In this document: piece by piece, positions 9,790-19,050 of the stretch
Position numbering within the stretch: position 1 is the stretch's first letter
Layout of the letters: every line of letters starts with the position of its first letter
Notes under the pieces: model-generated
What the model was told of the DNA's origin: nothing
Seen by the model: only the letters and a program-made list of their open reading frames with translations
Databases searched by the model: none
Position numbers and translations under genes: made by a program
IMG/VR virus record: IMGVR_UViG_3300032134_000001
Reading direction: 5' to 3' (one strand)
Source: an uncultured virus (IMG/VR IMGVR_UViG_3300032134_000001)
Lineage: Duplodnaviria; Heunggongvirae; Uroviricota; Caudoviricetes
Length of the DNA stretch: 64,000 bases

Positions 9790-11438
9790 ACGGGCAAGGC
9801 GAGCCGCTGGTCTACGCCAAGAAGGTGAAGTCCCCGCTCAAGGGCGGCGTCGACATCGAGCTGGGCCCGAAGACGGTGCTCTGCGGGCTCAATGGCACCG
9901 GCAAGACCGCCATCCTCCAGGCCCTCAAGCTGGGCACGCGAGGCTACGTCGATGACCAGGAGGGCAAGGACCACGTCAGCGCGACTGCAGCGATTGCACG
10001 GCTCTTCCCGCGCGGTGCAGCCCTGACCTCTCAGGTCGAGATGTCTGACGGCAAGGTCTTCACCTGGGCCTCCAAGAGGCGCGGCAAGGGCTTCACCAAG
10101 CCCAAGGCCACCTCCAAGGAACGCCCCTACAAGGTCGACTTTCCCTTCCAGGCAGTGAAGGCGCTGCTCTCCGGGGACGACGAGAAGATCCGGGCCTGGC
10201 TGGAGACGCGGGCAGGAAGCACCCTGACGGTCGACGACCTGATGGAGATGCTCCCGCCGGCGCAGCACGACGACGCCAAGGTCGCCCTGAAGCGCTTCGA
10301 CGAACGCTCCCCTGTGGAGCTGGCCGGAGCCCTCAAGGCCGAAGCTCGCACCCTCCGTGCCGGCGCCACGCGCCAGGAGAAGACCGTCGAGACGCTGGTG
10401 CAGGGCATCCCCCTCCCGCTCTCGGACGCCGAGGTCGAGGAGCTGACCGAGCGGCAGGAGGCCCTCTTCGCCCAGGCCAACCGGCCGGGCCTCATGAGCC
10501 CAGAGGGCCATAAGGCTCTCCGGGCGACCATCGGAGAGCTGGCCGAGGCCCTCGAAGCCGTGGACACGCAGATCGCGACGCTTCCTGCACTCCAGGAGGG
10601 CGAGGAGGAGACCTTCCGCATCGCCTCCAAGGGGCAGTCCCTGGCCCGAGAGCACCTGGAGCACCTCGGAACCGACACCTGCTACGTCTGCCTCCGCAAG
10701 GAAGCCGATGTTCAGGGCTCCTTCGACCGCTGGACCACCGTGCTTGGCGAACTCCAGGCCTCCAACTCCCGCCAGCGCCTCCAGGCGCAGTACGACAGCG
10801 GGCTGGCCGAGGTCCAGGGCCTCGCTACCCGGTACAAGACCGCGGAGGTCGTGGACAGCACGGCTGTCTGGGAGGAGCACGGCTCCATCAAGGCCACGCT
10901 GGCGACCCACCTCGCCAACAAGAGGATCTGGAAGCAGGCCGAAGGGCAGCGCAAGGAAGTGGCCGGCTCTCGGGCGACGGCCGACACCTGCGCGGCGCTG
11001 GCCCGCACCTGGGAGAAGGGGGGGAAGGAGCTTCTTCTTCAGCGCAAGAAGGCCTACGAGGACACCGTGACGAAGTGGCTGCCGGAAGGCGACATCTTCG
11101 TGCTGGACCTCGACGCCGGCCGCGTGGGCCTCACCCACGTCCTCTCCCCGAACGACGTCTACACCTCGCTCTCCGGGGCCGAGCTGTCTCGCGTGCTCCT
11201 GGCCGTGCTCTCGGCTGAGACCGAGGCGAGAGGTAGCACTCCGTCTATCCTCGAACCCGAGGACCGGGGCTGGGACCCTGCTACGTTGTCGGACGTGATG
11301 ACAGCCCTCACCGACTCCCCGGATCAGGTCGTCCTGATGAGCACCGTGCCCCCGAAGGGCATGGAGTTCAACAAGGACACGGGTGCCTTGACTGGAGAGC
11401 CGCCACAGGGCTGGAGCGTCCGCCACGTAGGTGCGTAA
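9777..11438 (+). CDS. Rad50/SbcC-like ABC ATPase with coiled coil and zinc hook
   Basis: Walker A GLNGTGKT, central CYVC, signature SLSGAE, degenerate Walker B ILEPED; start uncertain. Confidence 0.7.
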   Translation: MCLLNGQGEPLVYAKKVKSPLKGGVDIELGPKTVLCGLNGTGKTAILQALKLGTRGYVDDQEGKDHVSATAAIARLFPRGAALTSQVEMSDGKVFTWASKRRGKGFTKPKATSKERPYKVDFPFQAVKALLSGDDEKIRAWLETRAGSTLTVDDLMEMLPPAQHDDAKVALKRFDERSPVELAGALKAEARTLRAGATRQEKTVETLVQGIPLPLSDAEVEELTERQEALFAQANRPGLMSPEGHKALRATIGELAEALEAVDTQIATLPALQEGEEETFRIASKGQSLAREHLEHLGTDTCYVCLRKEADVQGSFDRWTTVLGELQASNSRQRLQAQYDSGLAEVQGLATRYKTAEVVDSTAVWEEHGSIKATLATHLANKRIWKQAEGQRKEVAGSRATADTCAALARTWEKGGKELLLQRKKAYEDTVTKWLPEGDIFVLDLDAGRVGLTHVLSPNDVYTSLSGAELSRVLLAVLSAETEARGSTPSILEPEDRGWDPATLSDVMTALTDSPDQVVLMSTVPPKGMEFNKDTGALTGEPPQGWSVRHVGA

Positions 11439-11828
11439 ATGGCTGTTCTGACTCTCCCGGCGGTTGGCTTCACGCTGACCATCCCCGACATCACCACCCT
11501 GGTGCGTTGCGACGACATCCAGTTCGGTGAGGCCGCTCAGGAGGTCCCGCCGAACTGCCGCACGGTCGTCATCTACAACATGGATGACACCAACCGCATC
11601 TTCATCCAGTGGAACCCGACCACGGAGGTCAACCCGAACTCGATGACGGTGCTCAACAGCACGGTCATCCCGACCCTCTCCAGCATGACCTTCGCGATCG
11701 GCTACCTGGGTGATCGGCCGAACCTGGCAGGGCGGCTCGACGTCTGCCTCTTCCTCATGGCCGAGACCGGCGTGAACGTCGATGTCAACATCACCTACCT
11801 GATGGGCCGCGGGACGCAGCTGCTGTAG
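11439..11828 (+). CDS. small beta-rich protein, possible virion component
   Basis: Beta-strand pattern (RTVVIYN, RIFIQW, VDVNITY). Confidence 0.5.
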   Translation: MAVLTLPAVGFTLTIPDITTLVRCDDIQFGEAAQEVPPNCRTVVIYNMDDTNRIFIQWNPTTEVNPNSMTVLNSTVIPTLSSMTFAIGYLGDRPNLAGRLDVCLFLMAETGVNVDVNITYLMGRGTQLL

Positions 11829-12170
11829 CTACTGCTCCGGGCTCGGTCCTCTGAGCTTCATGGCAGCCACGCCGAGGAACAGCAAGGCCACTTTCGTGGC
11901 GTGGGCCCAGGGTGCCAGCGCGATGACGATGTTGCCGAGAGCCATCTCGAAGGCAGCCGCCTCGGGCTCGGGCTCGGCTGCGTCGATGTGGGCGATTTCC
12001 ACTCGGGTGTACCAGAGGCAGGAGGGGATGTTGACCAGCCAGCCGAGTGCAATCCACTCGTAGCCGACGAGCTGGCCCAGCAGCACCATCGCGATCAGCC
12101 ACATGCCCAGGAGGCCGTGGATGAGGTTGTAGCCCCGGTCGGTCAGCCACTTGATGGCGGGTCTCACCAC
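11829..12170 (-). CDS. small multi-pass membrane protein, holin candidate
   Basis: Several hydrophobic segments; directly downstream of and overlapping the endolysin. Confidence 0.45.
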   Translation of the reverse strand: MVRPAIKWLTDRGYNLIHGLLGMWLIAMVLLGQLVGYEWIALGWLVNIPSCLWYTRVEIAHIDAAEPEPEAAAFEMALGNIVIALAPWAHATKVALLFLGVAAMKLRGPSPEQ

Positions 12171-12991
12171 CAGACAGCCCAGCCTCGCAGGCTGGTCTTC
12201 TTGCGCTTGTTGCTGCCGACCTTCTGGCTCACGTTGCCCTCGATCGTGGTGACCGAGCCGTCGCCGTTGTCGCAGACGTTGAGGGCGGTGTGGCCGGCGG
12301 ACGGGGCAGAGGCTGCATCAGAGCCCGAGCTGCCACGAGCCATCGTGAAGAAGGCCCCTGGAGGACAGACGATGCCGGCGCGGGCGGGGACCCAGACGCC
12401 CTTCGCCTTGGCCCACTTCTCCATGTCCGAGCTGGAGCCGCGGAACGCCTTGCCCTTGGACTTCTCGTCGTAGAAGGGGTGGCCCTTCCAGTCGCCCCAG
12501 GAGGGGTTGGACTTCAGGCCCAGGCTCAGTGCGATGGAGCTGGCGACGAACATCACGCACCAGGCTCGGCGCACGTCGTCTCCGATCTTCCAGTACTCGT
12601 TGTAGCCCTGCACCCACGGGAGGATCTCGGGGCCCCAGTTGGAGCCTGATGGGATCTCGACCAGCCCGAGGGCGTTGCAGGCGATGACCAGGGCGGCCTT
12701 GGCTGCCGGGTCCGCGTCAGCCGGGATCTGAGCCAGCAGCCAGTCCCGCTGCTCCTGGAGCACGTCGCTGGGCGTGGCAGCCTGGCCCTCCGACATCAGG
12801 TGGCACCAGGTCTTGTCCCCGACGATGCCGTCCGCCTTGAGGTTCTCCGAAGCCTGGAACTGACGCACAGCAGCATCGGTCTTCTTGCCGAAGTCGCCGT
12901 CCGCCGTGACGTGGAAGCCGTGCTTGTTGAGCCGCTCCTGACACAGGGTCACGGACGCGCCCGTGGCCCCCTTCTTGATCGTTGCTGCCAT
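12164..12991 (-). CDS. endolysin: peptidoglycan-binding domain + CHAP-like amidase
   Basis: ADGDFGKKTDAAVRQFQ...ADGIVGDKTW (PG_binding_1); AWCVMFV, GHT, TTIEGN (CHAP). Confidence 0.85.
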   Translation of the reverse strand: MAATIKKGATGASVTLCQERLNKHGFHVTADGDFGKKTDAAVRQFQASENLKADGIVGDKTWCHLMSEGQAATPSDVLQEQRDWLLAQIPADADPAAKAALVIACNALGLVEIPSGSNWGPEILPWVQGYNEYWKIGDDVRRAWCVMFVASSIALSLGLKSNPSWGDWKGHPFYDEKSKGKAFRGSSSDMEKWAKAKGVWVPARAGIVCPPGAFFTMARGSSGSDAASAPSAGHTALNVCDNGDGSVTTIEGNVSQKVGSNKRKKTSLRGWAVWW

Positions 12992-13377
12992 CAGTCTGTC
13001 TTCTCCTGGCGGCCACGGACTCGCTGTGCGCGAGCACGGCGACGGGCGGCGACCTTGGGGTGTCCACGTTCTTCGGCCCGGTCTGCCCGGGCGTCGATCT
13101 TGTCCGGGTCACGGTCGAACAGATCCAGCAGCGCAGGCAGGGCCTCCAGAGCCTTGCTGATGGCTGGACCGTCGTTCGCTTCGAGTGCAGAGGCGAGGGG
13201 CTCTGCGATGAAGAGGCGCCAGGCGAGCACGCCGTCGAGGATCTGGACAAGAAGCGCCTGCGCCTCATCCTGATCCAGGCCGTCTCCAATCAGCTCGATG
13301 AGCGCCTCTTGGCCTGCCTCTGCGACGACCTCCTTGGCCTCTTCGGTCAGGGCTTCCAGGGTTTCGTCGGTCGACAT
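12991..13377 (-). CDS. hypothetical protein (acidic N-terminus, basic C-terminus)
   Basis: Stop overlaps the endolysin start; GAGG upstream. Confidence 0.5.
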   Translation of the reverse strand: MSTDETLEALTEEAKEVVAEAGQEALIELIGDGLDQDEAQALLVQILDGVLAWRLFIAEPLASALEANDGPAISKALEALPALLDLFDRDPDKIDARADRAEERGHPKVAARRRARAQRVRGRQEKTD

Positions 13378-13512
13378 GGGCACCTCGGTGTGTCTGCTGA
13401 GCATAACCCTGAGCGCTTTGCAGCACTGCGTCTACAAGAACGCCACTTCGAGATGGGGTGCTACCAGGTAGAACAGGGGCATGGCTTGGGCCGTACCAAC
13501 ACGAGGGCATGG

Positions 13513-13914
13513 ATGCCGACACAGACCGAGGTGCGCGATGCACTCAGGCGGCTCCACGCTGCTGCCCCCGAGGCTACCGCCCTGGTCGAAGAGCAGCTCG
13601 ACGCGCTGGAGCAGCAGCTCACCCTGCACACCTCGGAGGATGCCTTCCGGGCCTTCGTCCTTGCGCAGGCCCAGCAGGCCGGTGTGACCCAAGCCCTCCT
13701 CCAGCGGCTGGACAGTGGAGTGCTGACTGAGTTGGCTCGGGCTGAAGCAGCACGCGCGGAGGTCGACCTCCTCGAAGCCAAGGACCGGGAGCACCGCGCC
13801 CTGACGACGCGGCAGGTTCTCTCTCAGCCAGTGGTCCTCGCTGCCGTGGGCATCATCAGCACCCTGCTGACGGGCCTGATCACCCTCCTCCTCCACCTCG
13901 CAGGAGCGTCCTGA
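13513..13914 (+). CDS. coiled-coil protein with C-terminal transmembrane helix
   Basis: PVVLAAVGIISTLLTGLITLLLHL. Confidence 0.55.
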   Translation: MPTQTEVRDALRRLHAAAPEATALVEEQLDALEQQLTLHTSEDAFRAFVLAQAQQAGVTQALLQRLDSGVLTELARAEAARAEVDLLEAKDREHRALTTRQVLSQPVVLAAVGIISTLLTGLITLLLHLAGAS

Positions 13915-14159
13915 TGGCCCACCTCGAACCCCGCGTCGAGTTCCTCGCTCGCCAGCTCATCGAAGCCTACGAACGAGGTGAGGAGTGCCCCCCTGCGACG
14001 GCCTCAGCTCTGCGAGAGGTGCTGCCGCCCAACCCGGCCTGCCCCAGTGCGTGCCCGTACCACCCGATGAACCATGCCGGCCGGCGTGCGAGGCTTCGGG
14101 CTGGCGCCCACTGTGCTGATCACCGGGCAGCCGGAGCCGACGCTCACGAGGCGATGTAG
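13914..14159 (+). CDS. small Cys-containing hypothetical protein
   Basis: TGATG coupling to the upstream gene. Confidence 0.4.
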   Translation: MAHLEPRVEFLARQLIEAYERGEECPPATASALREVLPPNPACPSACPYHPMNHAGRRARLRAGAHCADHRAAGADAHEAM

Positions 14160-14657
14160 CTACTCCTGGAGCAGTGAGTCCAGGTAGGTGTCCAGCTTCG
14201 AGTGGAGTGTCTGGCGGAAGGACTCCTTCTGAATGACGTTCAGGCTGCGAGCTTCCTCCACGGTCGCGAAGCTCATCTTCAGCCGGATGAACACGTTCTC
14301 CTTCCGCGTCCCGCCTGAGAACTCCACGTCCTCTTCGGCCAAGCTCTGGCCGTAGTAGGCGTCTGTGACGTCGTCCATCACCTCCTGGACCGTCTCGTAA
14401 ACCCCGGCGGCGTAGCGGAAGATCTCCTCCCAGTTCCCCGGAGCGCGGAAGGGCCATCGGCGCCTGCCCCCAGAGGGGACCGGTTCGCGCCCCGGGGCGC
14501 TGTCCTGGCGGGCGTAGGCCGCCGCTGCTTCTCCGATCCCGGGGTACTGCCCCTCCAGTCGGCTCAGAATCTTGCGGGCTGCGTCCTTCTCGCCACCCTC
14601 GCCACCCTCAGCAAGTGCTTTCACTTTGAGGTAGCGCGAGAGGGTCTTCTCATTCAT
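14160..14657 (-). CDS. hypothetical protein with DUF2786-like N-terminus
   Basis: KVKALAEGG...EKDAARKILSRLEGQY. Confidence 0.5.
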   Translation of the reverse strand: MNEKTLSRYLKVKALAEGGEGGEKDAARKILSRLEGQYPGIGEAAAAYARQDSAPGREPVPSGGRRRWPFRAPGNWEEIFRYAAGVYETVQEVMDDVTDAYYGQSLAEEDVEFSGGTRKENVFIRLKMSFATVEEARSLNVIQKESFRQTLHSKLDTYLDSLLQE

Positions 14658-14760
14658 CAGGGCAGCTCGCAGGGATTGTCATTTGACGCACACGTGTGGT
14701 ATCACGGAGAGGCCCTGGGGGCTGTCCTGGCCCTCCGAGTAGTAGACGCAGGAGAGTGTT

Positions 14761-15117
14761 GTGGCAGACAGGTACAGGATGGCTCAAGCGAAGGGAAAAC
14801 GGCATTTTCAGGCCGTAGTTGAGGAGGACACGCGGCTTCTTGCCTCGTTCGGGTTGGGATTGCTCTCGGTGAACAACGGGCTGCGCGTGGTAGTCAAGAA
14901 GTCGCTGCGGGGAGATCGGGTCAACCCCTGGGATGTCATCGAGGTGAACGCGCGCTTCTGGCGGTGGCTTCGCCCGCTCCTGGTGGAGCTGTCCGAACTC
15001 CGAGCTGCCCGGGTCAACGGCGTGAACGGCCACGGGAAGAACGGGCACGACGTGCCGGGCGTGAACGTCGGCGTGAACGGGCACGGCGGGGATTCGATCT
15101 CGGTTCCTCCGCGCTGA
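14761..15117 (+). CDS. hypothetical protein with VNG/NGH low-complexity tail
   Basis: AGGAG SD; VNGVNGHGKNGH...VNGHGG. Confidence 0.5.
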   Translation: MADRYRMAQAKGKRHFQAVVEEDTRLLASFGLGLLSVNNGLRVVVKKSLRGDRVNPWDVIEVNARFWRWLRPLLVELSELRAARVNGVNGHGKNGHDVPGVNVGVNGHGGDSISVPPR

Positions 15118-16288
15118 AGAAGCCCCTTCTGCTCATGAACATCTGAATCTTGTTCACGGCAGAGGCCATCACAGTCGCGTTGAAGCCATAGGGGCCCAGA
15201 GCCCGCTGGATGTCGTAGGGGTCGTACCCTTCCACTCCAATCTGGGTGGTCGGCGCCTCGCGCTTGAGCAGTGCCTCGCTGTGGTCGACCAGGGCCTCCA
15301 GGTCACGCGCCTGGTACTTCTGCGTCGCTGCCCGAGCTTCCTGCTCTGCTGCCTTCACCTCCAGCGCTCGGCGCCGCACGAGGTCGTGGGTCCTGGAAGC
15401 CTGCTGCCGGAGCCGACCGGCAGCCCTCATGCGGGTCGTCCAGATCGCAGCGCTGTGGTCTACCAACGTGCCAATGTTGGCCGCCCAGAGGAGAGCAAGA
15501 GCCTGCTGAACCTCAGGGCTGGCCTCGTCGAAGATGAAGTCCCAGGTGAGCCCCAAGCGCTGGTCCTGGTCGATCTTCTCCAGCGCCCAGTTCTGGCCTG
15601 CATCCCGCTGACTGCTTGCGCCTGCCCCGACGCCGGTGATGGCGTAGTCTGGGTCAGCAGCCCGGTCGTAGATCTCCCCGCTCTCCGGGTCCGTGGCCTG
15701 CAGTCCCTGCTGCTCGCGCGACCGCCGGTACGGGTAGAAGCCCGACTCTGACCGCCTGCCCTTCGCCTCGTCTTCCTCCTCGTGAGACCAGATCGGGTCC
15801 GGTGGCGGCCCGAAGCGCTTGCCCTCCAGCCCGCCCTCCGAGGCCTTCCCAAGCAGCTTGGCGACGCTGGCCTTCCACGCAGGAACTGTTCGCTCCCGCT
15901 CGTTGCCGAAGTCGCTGTTGAGCTGGAACATGACGTTCTGGACCCACTCGTCCTGCTCTACGGGGTCGCCCGACTTCTTGCGCATCCGACTTCGCAGCCA
16001 CGACTTGTAGCGGGCGAGGAAGGCGGCCAGGACGACTGGGCCTCCTCCGCGGGGACCGGGCGTGAAGCCCCGGTCGTCGGGGTCGTCGTGCTCGTCCTCC
16101 TCTTCGGGCTCGTAGGTGCTCTTCGCTGCTGTCGGGAGCCACGGGTCGTCGTCGTCGCCGGGGTTCCTGCGGGCCTGGCTCCGGTCGATGAAGGCGCAGA
16201 GGCCGAAGACCTCCGCGGGCCCGATGCAGCGGTTGTCCAGGCCCCAGGCCAACCTGGCCCTCGCCTGCCTCAGGGGCCGTCCAGCCAT
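15014..16288 (-). CDS. RxNP-tagged protein (MAGRP leader, RRNP, C-terminal RSNP + Arg tail)
   Basis: GGAGGTGA SD; tags at both ends; upstream late-promoter element. Confidence 0.65.
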   Translation of the reverse strand: MAGRPLRQARARLAWGLDNRCIGPAEVFGLCAFIDRSQARRNPGDDDDPWLPTAAKSTYEPEEEDEHDDPDDRGFTPGPRGGGPVVLAAFLARYKSWLRSRMRKKSGDPVEQDEWVQNVMFQLNSDFGNERERTVPAWKASVAKLLGKASEGGLEGKRFGPPPDPIWSHEEEDEAKGRRSESGFYPYRRSREQQGLQATDPESGEIYDRAADPDYAITGVGAGASSQRDAGQNWALEKIDQDQRLGLTWDFIFDEASPEVQQALALLWAANIGTLVDHSAAIWTTRMRAAGRLRQQASRTHDLVRRRALEVKAAEQEARAATQKYQARDLEALVDHSEALLKREAPTTQIGVEGYDPYDIQRALGPYGFNATVMASAVNKIQMFMSRRGFFSAEEPRSNPRRARSRRRSRPARRARSSRGRSRR

Positions 16289-16303
16289 CTCACCTCCAGA
16301 CTC

Positions 16304-16368
16304 AGGGTAGCTCGTAGCACTGGAAGAGTCCGCCAGGCGACACTCGACGCGGTGCTACGCAGTAGGTT
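16304..16368. promoter_or_regulatory. bidirectional putative late promoter: GTAGCAC(16314)...TAGGTT(16363) on +, GTAGCAC(16358)...TACCCT(16309) on -
   Basis: Both offsets exactly 49 nt, between divergent RxNP genes. Confidence 0.7.
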
Positions 16369-16395
16369 GGGGGGAAGACCTACGCGAGGATCATC

Positions 16396-17178
16396 ATGGC
16401 CAGACGCACCCGGACCAACCCCTTCTGGGTCACCCCTCAGGGCACCGCGGTCTACCAGACACCCGACCGCACGACCAAGAAGGGCAAGAAGGTCCAGGGC
16501 CAGTGGAGTCGCTACCAGGCGAAGCACCCGACCCGTCGTCTGCCTCGTCAGGCCTCGCGCGAGGCCGACCTGGAGACCGTCACACTCGACACCGCGCCTG
16601 GCTGGGAGCTGGCTCAGTTCGAGCAGGACGGCCAGCTCGTCACGATCCTGCTGTTCGAGGGACGCGACACCGGGCACTACACCTTGGACCCCCGCAAAGC
16701 GGCCAAGATGACCTTCCAGCTCGACAAGAAGCGGAAGCAGGCGAAGAAGGGCGCCCGCCGTGCCCGCCGCAACCCCGCGAAGACCGAGGCCCAGCAGGCG
16801 TGGCTCGACTACCAGGCAGCCGGCAAGGCCAGGGGCTGGTCCCGCAAGAAGACCTGCTCTCTCTGGGCTCGGAAGCGGAAGGCGTCCCAGAAGCGCGAGC
16901 GGACGGGCAAGGACGTCTACGACGTGGCCTTCGTGGAGATCTACCACCTGGCCGAGAAGGTCTTCGGCCACAGCGAGTTCATCCACTCCAGCGGCATGTT
17001 CGACTGGAGCCGTGAGCGGAAGATGATCAAGGCCGAGCTGTACAGCCCCAAGTGGTCACGCTGGTTCGAGCCCGCACCCCTCAAGACCTTCGTCGCGGGC
17101 CTGCGCAAGATCCAGAAGAAGCACCGGCCGCACGGGCTGAAGATGACCGTCGCGGTGAAGAACCCCCGCGCAAGATGA
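16396..17178 (+). CDS. basic RxNP-tagged protein (RTNP, RRNP, VKNP)
   Basis: MARRTRTNP...RRARRNP...VKNPRAR-stop. Confidence 0.7.
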   Translation: MARRTRTNPFWVTPQGTAVYQTPDRTTKKGKKVQGQWSRYQAKHPTRRLPRQASREADLETVTLDTAPGWELAQFEQDGQLVTILLFEGRDTGHYTLDPRKAAKMTFQLDKKRKQAKKGARRARRNPAKTEAQQAWLDYQAAGKARGWSRKKTCSLWARKRKASQKRERTGKDVYDVAFVEIYHLAEKVFGHSEFIHSSGMFDWSRERKMIKAELYSPKWSRWFEPAPLKTFVAGLRKIQKKHRPHGLKMTVAVKNPRAR

Positions 17179-17429
17179 GCGCCGCGGTCGCCTACGTTCC
17201 TCACACCTGCCCTGAGATCGACCAGGTAGGGGAGGTGATCCACCGCCATGTCGAGACCGGTTCGCTGGACTGGGAGCAGGCGATGGGGACGCTGGAGAAG
17301 CTCAGGCGTGCCAACCTTCAGCTGCGGAACAACGCGGAGCACTTCGAGCGCGAGGCCGCCCTGGCCAACCGCAAGTTCCTCCGAGTCCTCCACCAGCTCA
17401 CCGCCTTCCCGCGACAGGCATGGTCATGA
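17175..17429 (+). CDS. small coiled-coil phage protein
   Basis: PHTCPEID...LEKLRRANLQLR; ATGA overlaps on both sides. Confidence 0.55.
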   Translation: MSAAVAYVPHTCPEIDQVGEVIHRHVETGSLDWEQAMGTLEKLRRANLQLRNNAEHFEREAALANRKFLRVLHQLTAFPRQAWS

Positions 17430-17662
17430 ACACCAAGCTCGACCCCACCAGCGCAGCAATCGGGGCGACCGCCCTGCTCCTCGGTCTGGGCCTCGCCTAC
17501 AAGAAGAGCCAGGGAGAGGAGCCCAGCCAGGAGCACCTGCTGGCCTTCACCGGAGCGACCCTCGGCTTGATTGCCTACGACCGCTGGTACGACGGGATGT
17601 GGCCCTTCGAGAACGCAGAGGCGCCAGGTCGAGTCCACTACGCGCAGCTCAACCCAGGCTGA
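17426..17662 (+). CDS. small membrane protein ending QLNPG
   Basis: Two hydrophobic segments. Confidence 0.5.
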   Translation: MNTKLDPTSAAIGATALLLGLGLAYKKSQGEEPSQEHLLAFTGATLGLIAYDRWYDGMWPFENAEAPGRVHYAQLNPG

Positions 17663-17680
17663 CAAGGCGAGTAGGGCTGG

Positions 17681-17878
17681 TCAGCCCTCGATGAAGCCGC
17701 CAGCCGGTCGGTTCGTGCCGATCACCACGCCCGCGACGTAGAGCAGGGTTCCGCCCGCCAGCATCGCAGCCTGGTGATGCGTCGTCTGCGTGTTCTCCGC
17801 CTTGTTGGCGATGAAGGCCAGGACGGCTCCGACGGCGATGACGCCTGCGGTCTCTTTGGTGCTCAGGTTCCACTTCAT
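17681..17878 (-). CDS. small two-TM membrane protein
   Basis: Two hydrophobic segments. Confidence 0.5.
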   Translation of the reverse strand: MKWNLSTKETAGVIAVGAVLAFIANKAENTQTTHHQAAMLAGGTLLYVAGVVIGTNRPAGGFIEG

Positions 17879-17887
17879 GCTGCTGTC

Positions 17888-18199
17888 CTACGCGGGGAGA
17901 ATGATCTTGGCACCCAGCCAGCCGCCCGCAAGGGCTGCCAGGCCGACAGCCAGGGGGGTTGCTGAGTAGCCCTTGTGCCGCGCCGCGGCAGAAGCCACGA
18001 CCGTACCACCGACTGCGCCGAGGCTGGTCGCCATCCAGGCCCAGTTCAGCATCGTGCCGCTCGGGTAGGGGTACAGGGCACTCTCGTTGGGCTCGACGAC
18101 CTCGGGGTTGTCGTAGGCCAAGTCGTACTCGGTCTCCAGCTCGCGGGCGTAGTCAGAGCCCTCGGGTCGAATCCAGATGGGGTTGCGTCGTGCGCTCAT
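17888..18199 (-). CDS. RxNP-tagged membrane protein
   Basis: MSARRNP start, two C-terminal hydrophobic segments; ATGA overlap. Confidence 0.6.
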   Translation of the reverse strand: MSARRNPIWIRPEGSDYARELETEYDLAYDNPEVVEPNESALYPYPSGTMLNWAWMATSLGAVGGTVVASAAARHKGYSATPLAVGLAALAGGWLGAKIILPA

Positions 18200-18477
18200 G
18201 GGGTCGGTCCTCCCTTCTTGCTGGCTTCCTGCGCAGCCTCGATGGCTTGCAGGGCTTCTTCGATGGTCTGCTGGCCCTCGGTCGGAGCTTCCGGGAGCGC
18301 CAGCAGCATGTAGCCCTCGGGAGGGCACTCGGGAATCGGAGGGCAGGGCAGGCAGGCTGCCTCGTCGTGCGCCTGTGCAGGGACTGAACAGCCCACCACC
18401 TTGCTCATCAGAAGCCCCAGGCCCGCGAGGAGCATGAGGCACACCGCCTCAGTGCGTCCCTTCTTGCGCTCAGTCAT
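18196..18477 (-). CDS. putative lipoprotein (o-spanin candidate)
   Basis: Basic N-terminus, hydrophobic stretch, VVGC lipobox-like, Pro/Cys-rich CLPCPPIPECPP. Confidence 0.4.
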   Translation of the reverse strand: MTERKKGRTEAVCLMLLAGLGLLMSKVVGCSVPAQAHDEAACLPCPPIPECPPEGYMLLALPEAPTEGQQTIEEALQAIEAAQEASKKGGPTP

Positions 18478-18853
18478 TCTGGCACTCCTGGTACGCCTTG
18501 ATCATGGCAGTCTTCGCCGCTTCGAGGGCGGTGGAAAGCGCTTCTTCGCGCGCCTTCTCCTCCGCTAGCGACACAGTCATCAGCTCGACGCGGGTGTTGC
18601 ACGACGCCAGGTTCAACCCGCACTCGTCGCAGCTCTCGGGCTCAATCTTGAAACCCGCGATCTTCCCGCCCGCGACGCCGGCGACCAACAAGACGATGAG
18701 TCCGGCCGCCGCGGGCAGGAACTTGGTCTTGAGCAGGTCGTTGTTGCCGTCACCCACGGGGGCCTCCGAGGTCCCAGAGTAGTCCGTAGGACTCTCTGGG
18801 CACACGGGAAGACCAGAGACGGAGTGCCACGGCCGGGGCTCCCGGTCATCCAC
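18470..18853 (-). CDS. single-TM coiled-coil protein (i-spanin candidate)
   Basis: TM LPAAAGLIVLLVAGVAGG then coiled coil; overlaps the lipoprotein gene; GGAGG SD. Confidence 0.45.
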   Translation of the reverse strand: MDDREPRPWHSVSGLPVCPESPTDYSGTSEAPVGDGNNDLLKTKFLPAAAGLIVLLVAGVAGGKIAGFKIEPESCDECGLNLASCNTRVELMTVSLAEEKAREEALSTALEAAKTAMIKAYQECQND

Positions 18854-19050
18854 CTCCTCACGCGCATCGCCCGGCTGCGTGAGCGCGCCCGCGAGGCCCT
18901 TGAGAAAACCCCAGTGATTCCGGGCACTTACGCAGAGTTACCGAAATGTTATATTTCCGTACCTTTGCTATTCAGGGGTGAGACGAACCGAAACCAGCCA
19001 GGAAAGCCGGTTCTTCGCGCACCACCCCCTTCGGGGGTCGCTGTGGCACT

